A stretch of DNA of 64,000 bases from Bacteroidetes bacterium HLUCCA01 (GTDB lineage Bacteria > Bacteroidota > Rhodothermia > Balneolales > HLUCCA01): contig LIHN01000019.1 in NCBI GenBank assembly GCA_001314545.1, positions 192,150 through 256,149 of the forward strand. The letters are read 5' to 3'. The notes under the pieces are model-generated. The model searched no databases, was not told the DNA's origin, and was given only the letters and a program-made list of their open reading frames with translations. The first letter of the stretch is position 1. The number at the start of each line of letters is the position of its first letter. Positions 28,155 through 37,468 of this stretch are shown here, one piece after another. A program made the position numbers and the translations under genes.

Positions 28155-28531
28155 GCACGCAGATGGGTTTTGAGAATCTGGTCCAGATTTTCCACGTCAA
28201 TAGGTTTAATCATGTAGTCGGTCATTCCGGCGCGCATGCATGCCTCCTTCTCATCAGGCATAATACCGGCGGATAAGCCTACAATAGGAAGATGCGTAAA
28301 TGCGGGTAGCTGCCGGATTTCAGCGGTAGCCTCCAGACCGTTCATCACCGGCATCTGGATGTCCATGAAAACGATATCCGGCTGCAGGTCGCTTACGGTA
28401 TCCAGGGCCACTTTTCCGTTTTCCGCCACGTGGATTTCAGCGTCGGGGTAGCGCAGCGAAAGCAGTTTTCGCAGCAGCATCGCATTTACCGGGATATCTT
28501 CAACAATCAGAAAGGCGGGGGTAGCATTCAT
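28151..28531 (-). CDS. Single-domain response regulator (CheY-like receiver), first gene of the receiver-hisI-hisE operon
   Basis: LIVEDIP, phospho-Asp context IVFMDIQMP, GLSA, and conserved Lys in MIKPI. 126 aa. Its TGA stop overlaps the hisI ATG. Confidence 0.85.
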   Translation of the reverse strand: MNATPAFLIVEDIPVNAMLLRKLLSLRYPDAEIHVAENGKVALDTVSDLQPDIVFMDIQMPVMNGLEATAEIRQLPAFTHLPIVGLSAGIMPDEKEACMRAGMTDYMIKPIDVENLDQILKTHLRA

Positions 28532-28587
28532 TGCAAGCGTAGATGGAGGCAGATTTATTCTCGCTTAAATATAGGGTATTTAACGAC

Positions 28588-28626
28588 AAAAGGCAGTACC
28601 GGCCTTCTGCCGGACTGCCTTTTGAA
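28588..28626 (-). terminator. Rho-independent terminator after gap
   Basis: On the minus strand: aaaGGCAGTCCGGCagaaGGCCGGTACTGCCtttt. It separates gap from the receiver-hisIE operon promoter region. Confidence 0.65.
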
Positions 28627-28647
28627 CCTATAAGCTTGCAACCAGCC

Positions 28648-29751
<1,104 letters not shown>

Positions 29752-29913
29752 TTATCTGTTACAGGGCTTTATTAGCCCATTTTTATAGTTATACAAACTA
29801 CTCTTTATATAGGCCATTATCAAGAAAAACTAGGGCCTTCACAAGGTTTAAAGGTCTGGAAGCGCTCCCTTTTGTATCTTCTTGTGTGAGTTATTCATTC
29901 AAATGAGTTTACT

Positions 29914-31518
29914 ATGAAACCCTATACCATTGAATCCTATCTGGACTTCACGGATCCTACCTTTGACACCGCCCAGAAAGCAGCCATAAACAGCGTACGG
30001 GACGCATTTGGCAAAACCTATCCCCTTTTTATTGATGGCAAACGGATAGACGGCGCACACAGCCCCTTTACCAGTATTAATCCTTCGAATACGGCAGAGG
30101 TCATCGGCACCTTTCAGTCGGCCAGCCGGGACCAGGCCCTGCAGGCACTTGACGCTGCCTGGAAAGCCTATGCCACCTGGCAGTATGTGCCCGCCGCAAA
30201 ACGGGCCGCCTATCTGTTCAGGGCCGCCGAAATCGCGCGCCGTCGCCGGCTTGAAATCAATGCCTGGATGATTTCTGAGGCTGGAAAGAACTATGCCGAA
30301 GCCGACGCCGATACCGCCGAGGGAATCGACTTCCTGGAGTACTACGCCCATGAAGCTTTACGCTACGATGAGGGTATGCCGGTTGTAGAAGAAACCACCG
30401 GCGGCGATATCAATCGTACCATCTACATTCCTCTGGGAGCTGGGGTGTCCATATCACCCTGGAATTTCCCCTTTGCCATTTGCCTGGGGATGGCCGCCGC
30501 CCCCATCGCTGCCGGGAATACCGTGGTAGCCAAACCTGCTCCGGACACGCCCATGATGGGGTGGATTATCACCGAGATTTTCGAGGAGGCCGGTCTTCCG
30601 GCCGGAGTGTTCAATTTCCTAACCGGTGACAATCTGGAGGTTGGTGAAACCCTGACCACCAGCCCCGATACCCGTTTCATCAATTTCACCGGATCCCTCG
30701 GTGTCGGGCAACACATCACCGAAGTTGCGGCTAAATCCAGTCCTGCCAGCCGTTTTATCAAGCGCGTATTTACCGAACTGGGGGGTAAAAATGCCATTGT
30801 GGTGGATGAAGATGCCGATCTGGATACAGCGGCCTCGGAAATCGTAAAGGGTGCGTTCGGCTTTCAGGGACAAAAATGCTCGGCTGCATCCCGCGTTATC
30901 GTCCACCAGAAGGTCTATGACGCCCTGCTGGAGAAAACCGCACAGCTAACCCGTGCCCTTCAGGTGGGCGATGCCCGGAACAACGCCCCGTCAGGACCGG
31001 TTATAAACCAGAAGGCCGTGGATAAGATCATGGGATATATCGAGGTAGGAAAAACCGAAGGCCGGTTGGTTACCGGCGGGAAGCGGGCAAACCCCGGTGT
31101 TGATGGATTCTACATTGAACCAACGCTGTTTGCCGATGTACCTGCCGATGCACGCATTGCCCAGGAGGAGATTTTCGGACCGGTTACGGCCTTCATAAAA
31201 GCCCGCGATCTGGATCATGCGTTCGAGATTGCCAACGGAACCCGATTTGGCCTTACCGGCGGATTTTTCTCCCGGAACAAAGCGCACATCGACCGGGCCC
31301 TTCGGGAGTTTCATGTGGGTAATCTCTACATCAATCGGAAGAATACCGGGGCGCTGGTAGGGGCACAGCCCTTTGGCGGCTTTAACCTGAGTGGTACGGA
31401 TTCCAAAGCCGGCGGAAGGGATTACCTGCTGTGCTTCCTTCAGGCCAAGTCGCTCACCGAACGGCCTGCATTCGGCGAGACGCAGGTGCGAAGTTTCAGC
31501 TATGCAACCGAAGGTTAA
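29914..31518 (+). CDS. pruA: L-glutamate gamma-semialdehyde (1-pyrroline-5-carboxylate) dehydrogenase
   Basis: Near-colinear match to the P5CDH family as I recall it: PLGAGVSISPWNFPFAI, FTELGGKNAIVVD, FGFQGQKCSAASR, EEIFGPV, FHVGNLYINRKNTGALVGAQPFGGFNLSGT. Confidence 0.92.
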   Translation: MKPYTIESYLDFTDPTFDTAQKAAINSVRDAFGKTYPLFIDGKRIDGAHSPFTSINPSNTAEVIGTFQSASRDQALQALDAAWKAYATWQYVPAAKRAAYLFRAAEIARRRRLEINAWMISEAGKNYAEADADTAEGIDFLEYYAHEALRYDEGMPVVEETTGGDINRTIYIPLGAGVSISPWNFPFAICLGMAAAPIAAGNTVVAKPAPDTPMMGWIITEIFEEAGLPAGVFNFLTGDNLEVGETLTTSPDTRFINFTGSLGVGQHITEVAAKSSPASRFIKRVFTELGGKNAIVVDEDADLDTAASEIVKGAFGFQGQKCSAASRVIVHQKVYDALLEKTAQLTRALQVGDARNNAPSGPVINQKAVDKIMGYIEVGKTEGRLVTGGKRANPGVDGFYIEPTLFADVPADARIAQEEIFGPVTAFIKARDLDHAFEIANGTRFGLTGGFFSRNKAHIDRALREFHVGNLYINRKNTGALVGAQPFGGFNLSGTDSKAGGRDYLLCFLQAKSLTERPAFGETQVRSFSYATEG

Positions 31519-31642
31519 CACGGTCTGCGGCGACAATGCGGGACCCCGGGCAGGCAACTGAGACTACCTGACCAGTGTACCAACTCCGAAGTGCTGTCTG
31601 CTGAGAACCATCCCCTGCTGGTGCAGCACCCTGATGAACAAC

Positions 31643-31676
31643 GAAGGCTGACCTCCTCCTGCGGAAGTCAGCCTTC
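31643..31676. terminator. Hairpin between convergent pruA and the ankyrin gene (possible bidirectional terminator)
   Basis: GAAGGCTGAC-14 nt loop-GTCAGCCTTC, a 10-bp perfect stem. The flanking U-tracts are weak on both strands. Confidence 0.4.
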
Positions 31677-31707
31677 TTAATTTGCCTGTCAGAAACCGGG
31701 CCTGTTG

Positions 31708-32400
31708 TTATTCGATATCTTCTTCTGAAATATCGTCCGGAGAGATATTTTCTTCGGTTTCCGGTGTATCATCAATGTCGTCATCGTCATCGTCGTCTTC
31801 GGGTGGCGGAGGTGGTGCCACTTTTTTCTTGGCTTTTTCTTCGGTAGCGCCGGCTCGTTTGAGCAGCATCCCCACTTCAAGCTGGTCCATTTCATTGGCC
31901 ATGTTCAGCGCCGTATCTCCGTTTTTGTCGCGCGCACGCACATCGGCACCCTTGTGAATAAGGTAACGAACAATGTCGGCATGGCCTTCCTTGGCTGCCA
32001 GCATGAGGGGGGTATGTCCCCAGTTTGAGGACGTATTCACATCGGCGCCGTGCTCTACAAGAAGTTTAACCGCCGCAAGTTTACCTCCCCTGGCGGCAAT
32101 ATTCAGCACCAACGGACCGATTTCACATCCGTTTTCCAGCAGAAATTTCATCAGATCGATGTTGGCGTTGTCAGCGGCCCGGTTTAAAGCCGTTCCCCCT
32201 ACTTTGTTTTTCAGGTTGACATCGGCTCCCTTGGATACCAGATATTTGACCACGTCATTGTGATCGTTCTGAGAGGCAAAAATCAGAGCCGTTGAGCCGT
32301 TTTTAGCCGTTTCGTTGATGTCGGTACCGGAGGACAGATAGTGTTTAACCTGCTCCAGGTTGCCGTCGAAGGCGGCTTGTAAGAAATCGGATAATTCCAT
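31708..32400 (-). CDS. Ankyrin-repeat protein with Pro/Asp/Glu-rich C-terminal tail
   Basis: About five ANK repeats (NGSTALIFASQNDHNDVVKYLVSKGADVN; GGTALNRAA..; GHTPLMLAAKEGHADIVRYLIHKGADV; NGDTALNMA). Tail KKKVAPPPPPEDDDDDDDIDDTPETEENISPDDISEEDIE. No signal peptide. Confidence 0.85.
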   Translation of the reverse strand: MELSDFLQAAFDGNLEQVKHYLSSGTDINETAKNGSTALIFASQNDHNDVVKYLVSKGADVNLKNKVGGTALNRAADNANIDLMKFLLENGCEIGPLVLNIAARGGKLAAVKLLVEHGADVNTSSNWGHTPLMLAAKEGHADIVRYLIHKGADVRARDKNGDTALNMANEMDQLEVGMLLKRAGATEEKAKKKVAPPPPPEDDDDDDDIDDTPETEENISPDDISEEDIE

Positions 32401-32594
32401 AATCGGGTTGATACAAATCAGGATTTAGTTAGCCCGCAACACATTCAGGTTGTGAGACCATTGGTGGCGGCAGTACCGGGTACCGGTGTTAACGTGCCGA
32501 AATATAGAGAATTTCACAAGGTGTTTATAACCAAATTTGCAGGGTATTGCGGGTGATTTTTACAGACTAAAGAACGGCTGAAACAGCGCTGAAA

Positions 32595-33527
32595 TCAGCC
32601 TGAGCCGGACGATGTAATCCGGCCATCCCCGGTGTAGCCATTAAAAAATGATGCACCGTCCACGGGTTTTTTCCCTTCCAGCTGCACCTTTTCCAGGGCG
32701 ATGGTCGTGTTATCGGCACAAGCTACCAGTAGTTTACCATCGTGAAAGTGTATCCGTCCGCTTTCCAGGTGCATGGCTGGTCCCGGCTGCGACTGCTGAA
32801 CCTTCAGGCGTTTATCGTCCAGCCAGGTGTGTGCGCCGGGAAATGGTGTGAGTCCGCGGATCTGGTTATGTACAACCGAAGCGGGCCTGGTGAAATCAAT
32901 CACGCAGTCGGGGGCGTAGAGTTTGGGTGCAGCCGTTGCAAGGGCCTCATCCTGTTGAGTCAACGTGTAGGTACCGGCCTGGATTTGTTTAACGGAGTGT
33001 ACCAGCAGCTGGGCACCCAGATGCATGAGCCTTTCGTATACCTGACCGGTAGTTTCATCGGGGTCTATGAAAGTCTGGCACTGTGCGATGTAGCTTCCGG
33101 TATCAACGCGCTCATCCAGAAAAAAAACGGTTGTTCCGGTCCGGGTTTCCCCATTCATAACGGCCCGGTGGATGGGTGCCGCTCCACGGTAGGCGGGCAG
33201 CAGGGATGCGTGCAGGTTGACTGCTCCCCGGGTGGGAATATCCAGAATGGTTCGGGGCAGCACACGGAAAGCAACCACGACCAGTAAGTCCGGTTTTAAT
33301 GCTCTGAGCTGGTCTGCAAAATCGGGATTACGCAGATCATCAACCTCAATGACGGGCAGGTTGTAACGCAGTGCGGCGGACTTTACCGGTGTTGCAGAGT
33401 GCGCTGTGCCCCTGCCCCGACGTTTATCGGGTCCGGTGACCACGGAGACGATAGAAAACCCTGCGTCTGCCAGTGCCTCCAGCGAGGCGACGGCAAAGTC
33501 AGGACTCCCCATGAAAACTATTCGCAT
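32595..33527 (-). CDS. fmt: Methionyl-tRNA formyltransferase
   Basis: MRIVFMGSPDFAV..L, and HASLLPAYRGAAPIHRAVMNGE. 1-nt overlap (TGATG) with def. Confidence 0.95.
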   Translation of the reverse strand: MRIVFMGSPDFAVASLEALADAGFSIVSVVTGPDKRRGRGTAHSATPVKSAALRYNLPVIEVDDLRNPDFADQLRALKPDLLVVVAFRVLPRTILDIPTRGAVNLHASLLPAYRGAAPIHRAVMNGETRTGTTVFFLDERVDTGSYIAQCQTFIDPDETTGQVYERLMHLGAQLLVHSVKQIQAGTYTLTQQDEALATAAPKLYAPDCVIDFTRPASVVHNQIRGLTPFPGAHTWLDDKRLKVQQSQPGPAMHLESGRIHFHDGKLLVACADNTTIALEKVQLEGKKPVDGASFFNGYTGDGRITSSGSG

Positions 33528-34093
33528 CAGGATTGTGGATTACGCTCGCGTACCGGGTATTCGGTTTCAACGGCACCCTCATCGATGAGCTGAAGCCGAC
33601 GGGCAATGAGTCTTTTTTTGAATGATCCGAGGTAGTCGAAGAAAAGCACCCCGTCAAGATGATCCAGTTCGTGCTGAAATACCCGGGACATCCAGCCGGT
33701 GAAGGTCATGTGCTGCTCCCGGAAATCGCGATCCAGAAATTTGACCGTGATTTCATCGGGTCGGGCGATATTTTCACGAAGTTCGGGCAGGCTCAGACAC
33801 CCTTCCTCAATGATAATCTGCTGGTTGTCTTTGCTGTGTATTTCGGGATTGATGAACGCCATGGGACCGTAGGCCTGCTCATCGGTGTCTTCTACCATGA
33901 CATCGGCATCCACTACAAAAACACGCAGTGACCGACCCACCTGGGGTGCGGCCAATCCAACTCCACTGGCTTCGTACATGGTTTCAAAAAGGTCGTCTAT
34001 GAAAACCTGGAGCTCTTTGGAATCCGTTTTTACGGGTTCGGCTTTCTGGCGAAGAACCGGGTCGTTGTATAATACTATGGGCAATACGGCCAT
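33527..34093 (-). CDS. def: Peptide deformylase
   Basis: Motifs GVGLAAPQVG, EGCLSLP and QHELDHLDG. Confidence 0.95.
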   Translation of the reverse strand: MAVLPIVLYNDPVLRQKAEPVKTDSKELQVFIDDLFETMYEASGVGLAAPQVGRSLRVFVVDADVMVEDTDEQAYGPMAFINPEIHSKDNQQIIIEEGCLSLPELRENIARPDEITVKFLDRDFREQHMTFTGWMSRVFQHELDHLDGVLFFDYLGSFKKRLIARRLQLIDEGAVETEYPVRERNPQS

Positions 34094-34096
34094 ATC

Positions 34097-34516
34097 TCAG
34101 CGATTTTGACGATCAAGATAAGATTGTAACAGGATGGCGGCGGCAATGGTGTCAACCAGCCCTTTTTCCTGCCTTTTCTTTTTGGAAGGAACGGCAGACC
34201 GGATGGTCTGATTGGCGAGCGTTGAGGTAAAGCGCTCATCCAGCAGTTCCGTTGTGATACCGGGCAGCTTTTTGGCCATTCGGGCCAGAAACTGTTCTAC
34301 CATATCCGTGGCCGACCCGGTGTGTCCTTTCATTGAAAGCGGCCAGCCGACAATGACGTGTTCAATCCGGCTTTCATCGACCTTAAGCCTGGCAAACAGT
34401 TCGGATTCGGAGAATGTACCAACCGGAGAGGCAATGGTACGGGTTGGATCAGACTGAGCCAACCCGATTCGTTTCATCCCGACGTCAATCCCCAATATCC
34501 GCTTGGTATATATCAA
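34097..34516 (-). CDS. ruvX: Holliday junction resolvase-like protein RuvX (YqgF)
   Basis: ILGIDVGMKRIGLAQSD...VGWPLSMKG...DERFTS...D..AA.ILQSYL. Confidence 0.9.
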   Translation of the reverse strand: MIYTKRILGIDVGMKRIGLAQSDPTRTIASPVGTFSESELFARLKVDESRIEHVIVGWPLSMKGHTGSATDMVEQFLARMAKKLPGITTELLDERFTSTLANQTIRSAVPSKKKRQEKGLVDTIAAAILLQSYLDRQNR

Positions 34517-34519
34517 GTA

Positions 34520-34840
34520 TCACTCCTGGGTGATGTTCTCGTTAACAGGTTGACGCAAAAACTCTTTGAGCAGTTTACTTGGCTTGAAGTGTGTCTTACG
34601 ATGTTCCGGCACGTAGATGACCTCATTGGTCTTCGGATTACGCGCTTTGGGCTTGGCCTTGGTCAGCTTGACTTCAAATACGCCGAAATCACGGATTTCA
34701 ATGCGGCAGGTTGGACTGGCCTCCATCATAGTATCGCGCAGACTGGCTATCACAGCGTCTACCCAGGGTTCTACCTGGACCATCGGAACATCCATTTGTT
34801 CGGAGATGCGCCGAACGATATCACGTTTAGTGTATGTCAT
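34520..34840 (-). CDS. HU/IHF-family DNA-binding protein
   Basis: TKRDIVRRISEQ...VIASLRDTM...IEIRDFGVFEV....KARNPKTNEVIYVPEHRKTHFKPSKLL is the IHF/HU fold with a beta-arm Pro. Confidence 0.85.
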   Translation of the reverse strand: MTYTKRDIVRRISEQMDVPMVQVEPWVDAVIASLRDTMMEASPTCRIEIRDFGVFEVKLTKAKPKARNPKTNEVIYVPEHRKTHFKPSKLLKEFLRQPVNENITQE

Positions 34841-35026
34841 AATTTCCTTTTTAAAAACCGAATAATAAACATTATAACGGTAACGAAGCTGACGGGCATT
34901 TAGTACAATAAATTCAATGTTCTAGAGCGCTCAGATATGCTGTTGCCGCCGCTTTCCGATACCTTAAATACAGCCTGCAAAATTAGGCAAAGTTTCCGTC
35001 AACCTAAAGTGAAAAAGATGTAATAG

Positions 35027-37270
35027 TTATTCAAACCGGTACGCCTGCTTGACTCCGGGCACCTTCAGAATGCGTTTAATGACCCGTTCCAGGTGGGCAA
35101 TGTCTTCTACATAGATGATAAGCGTACCCTCAAACATGCCCTCCTCGCTGTTCACATTAATGCCTTTCATATTGGTTTTCATCGACTGGGAAATCAGCGT
35201 GGTTATATCATTTACCAGGCCCACCCGGTCTTCCCCGATAATGCGCACCGCACCAATGAACTGGTCGGTCCGGGCCTTGGGCCAGCCGATTTCAACCATG
35301 CGTTCACTGTCGTTTTTCAGCAGATAGGTCACATTGTTGCAGTTGGTACGGTGAATTTTTACATCACCGTTTCTGCTCAGAAACCCGATTACATCATCGC
35401 CGGGAATGGGATTGCAGCATTTGGAATAGGAATATTTTACATCGGTTAGTTCTCCGTTTACCAGCAGTCCGCGCATAGAGCCGGCTGTACGGGCATTGTC
35501 GTAGTACTGATCCTGGATTTCCTCATCCGTGATACGCTCCAGCCGGACCTTTTCTTCTTCAATCCGGCCCCTGCTCAGAAAGTCTTTGACGCCGCGTGCC
35601 AGGGTGTTAACATCAAAAGCACCCAGCCCCATGTCATAGTAAAGTTTGTTGATACTGGGGTATTTGAGCTTGTTGGCTACTTTAACCAGATCCTGATCGG
35701 ATATCTCCAGATTTTGCTTCCCGGCTTTTTTGACCCAGATTTCGCGACCATCCTCAATGGCTTTGCGCTCCTTCATGTTGATGAACTGGCGGATGCGCGA
35801 TTTCGCCTTGTGGGTTACTACATCGTTAATCCAGTCGGGATTAAGATTCGAGTTTTTGCCGGTTATGATTTCAACCTGGTCGCCGCTTTGCAGCTTTTGA
35901 CGCAGCGGTACCATTTTGCCATTAACCTTGGCGGCAAGGGCCCGCTCGCCTACTTCACTGTGCACTTCGAAGGCAAAATCGATGGGTGTTGCGCCCTTTG
36001 GGAGGGTTAACAACTGGCCCTTAGGGGTAAAGATGTAGATTTCATCGGAAAAAAGATTGAGGGCAAAGTCCTGGACGAACTCGGAGGCCGCATCCGGTCT
36101 GGGATTGTCAAGCACGTCGCGCACCCAGTGAACGAAGCGGTCGATGGAGCTGCTTCCTCCGGATCCTTCCTTGTACTTCCAGTGTGCAGCCAGGCCCTTC
36201 TCGGCAATTTCATCCATCTGGCGGGTACGGATCTGAATCTCAACTTTGGCGCCGTTTCGGGAGAATACGGTAGTGTGCAACGACTGGTACCCGTTGGCTT
36301 TGGGTACGCTGAGAAAGTCGCGAAAGCGCTCGGGGATGGGCGTGTAGGTATCGGTGATGTAGGAGTAAACCCTCCAGCAGTCTTCCCGGGTGTGGGGCGG
36401 ATCCAGTATGATGCGAATGGCGAAAAGATCGTAAATATCCTCGAAGGGTTTCTGCTGGGTGACCATCTTCCGGTAGATGGAGTAGATGGATTTGGGGCGA
36501 CCTTTAATCTCGAAATTGAATCCGACCTTATAGAGCTGGTCGCGGATTGGCTGCATGAATTCTTCGATGAATTTTTCGCGGGCATCTTTTTTTTCACGCA
36601 GTTTTCGGGAGATAAATCGATATCCCTGAGAGTCAATTGCCCGGAATGAGAGGTCTTCGAGCTCGCTTTTGAGTCGGAAAAGGCCGAAACGATGGGCCAG
36701 CGGGGCGTAGAGTTCGGCCGTTTCGGTAGCAATTTTGATTTGCTTGGCCTTGGGCAGGTGCTTGAGCGTGCGCATGTTGTGCAGACGGTCAGAGAATTTG
36801 ATCAGCACCACCCGGAGGTCTTCGGCCATGCTCATGAGCAGTTTCATGAAGGTTTCGGCCTGCTTGGATTCCCGGCTTTTCAGTACGCCTGAAATTTTGG
36901 TCATCCCGTCTATGAGATGGGCAACCACAGTACCGAATTCCGTTTTGATTTCAGCCAGACTGATACTGGTATCTTCTACGGTGTCATGGAGCAGTGCTGC
37001 GGCAACGGAGACATCATCCAGTGACATTTCCCTTATAACGATGTGGGCAACTTCCAGGGGATGCAGGTAATAGGGTTCTCCGGAAGCACGGATGGTATCC
37101 CTGTGCGACAGATAACTCAGGACAAATGCCCGATGGATCAGGTCGTCATCGGTTTCGTCAAAATTGGCATGACATTGGGCGAGCAGATCATCAAGTTCCT
37201 GACGCTGCTTGGGCTCAAGTTCGTACGAACGAAGTTCGCTGAAATCTATAGTTACGATATGATCTGCCAC
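35027..37270 (-). CDS. relA: Bifunctional (p)ppGpp synthetase/hydrolase (RelA/SpoT homolog)
   Basis: HD hydrolase motif (HPLEVAHIV...LLHDTVEDT), synthetase block (GRPKSIYSIYRKM...DLFAIRIIL...YQSLHTTV), and TGS and ACT C-terminal domains. GTG start. Confidence 0.95.
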   Translation of the reverse strand: MADHIVTIDFSELRSYELEPKQRQELDDLLAQCHANFDETDDDLIHRAFVLSYLSHRDTIRASGEPYYLHPLEVAHIVIREMSLDDVSVAAALLHDTVEDTSISLAEIKTEFGTVVAHLIDGMTKISGVLKSRESKQAETFMKLLMSMAEDLRVVLIKFSDRLHNMRTLKHLPKAKQIKIATETAELYAPLAHRFGLFRLKSELEDLSFRAIDSQGYRFISRKLREKKDAREKFIEEFMQPIRDQLYKVGFNFEIKGRPKSIYSIYRKMVTQQKPFEDIYDLFAIRIILDPPHTREDCWRVYSYITDTYTPIPERFRDFLSVPKANGYQSLHTTVFSRNGAKVEIQIRTRQMDEIAEKGLAAHWKYKEGSGGSSSIDRFVHWVRDVLDNPRPDAASEFVQDFALNLFSDEIYIFTPKGQLLTLPKGATPIDFAFEVHSEVGERALAAKVNGKMVPLRQKLQSGDQVEIITGKNSNLNPDWINDVVTHKAKSRIRQFINMKERKAIEDGREIWVKKAGKQNLEISDQDLVKVANKLKYPSINKLYYDMGLGAFDVNTLARGVKDFLSRGRIEEEKVRLERITDEEIQDQYYDNARTAGSMRGLLVNGELTDVKYSYSKCCNPIPGDDVIGFLSRNGDVKIHRTNCNNVTYLLKNDSERMVEIGWPKARTDQFIGAVRIIGEDRVGLVNDITTLISQSMKTNMKGINVNSEEGMFEGTLIIYVEDIAHLERVIKRILKVPGVKQAYRFE

Positions 37271-37405
37271 GTGCCGTCCTGTGGTGAGTTGTCGTGTTAC
37301 CCTGAATTTTGCATGGGTAGATTATCGGAATAGCCGAAGTATTGCTGAATCCCTTAACAGTTTAAAGTACGTCAATTTCAGGCAATTTTGCATCTTTACC
37401 TTGTC

Positions 37406-37445
37406 TAAATAAAAAAGGGGTACCACCCTACGGCGATACCCCTTT
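37406..37445 (-). terminator. Rho-independent terminator after the 1529-aa T9SS cargo gene
   Basis: Minus strand: AAAGGGGTAtcgccgtagggtggTACCCCTTTTTT. Confidence 0.7.
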
Positions 37446-37468
37446 GTAGAAGCTGATGCTTTATCTGC

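Noticed and set aside
31682-31957. 91-aa Ser-rich plus-strand ORF
   Set aside because: It is antisense to the acidic tail of the ankyrin gene. The poly-Ser comes from reading the GAY repeat backwards.
36007-36732. 241-aa minus-strand ORF in an alternative frame of relA
   Set aside because: It is an out-of-frame overlap within relA. The product is Pro/Ser/Thr-rich and non-proteinlike.
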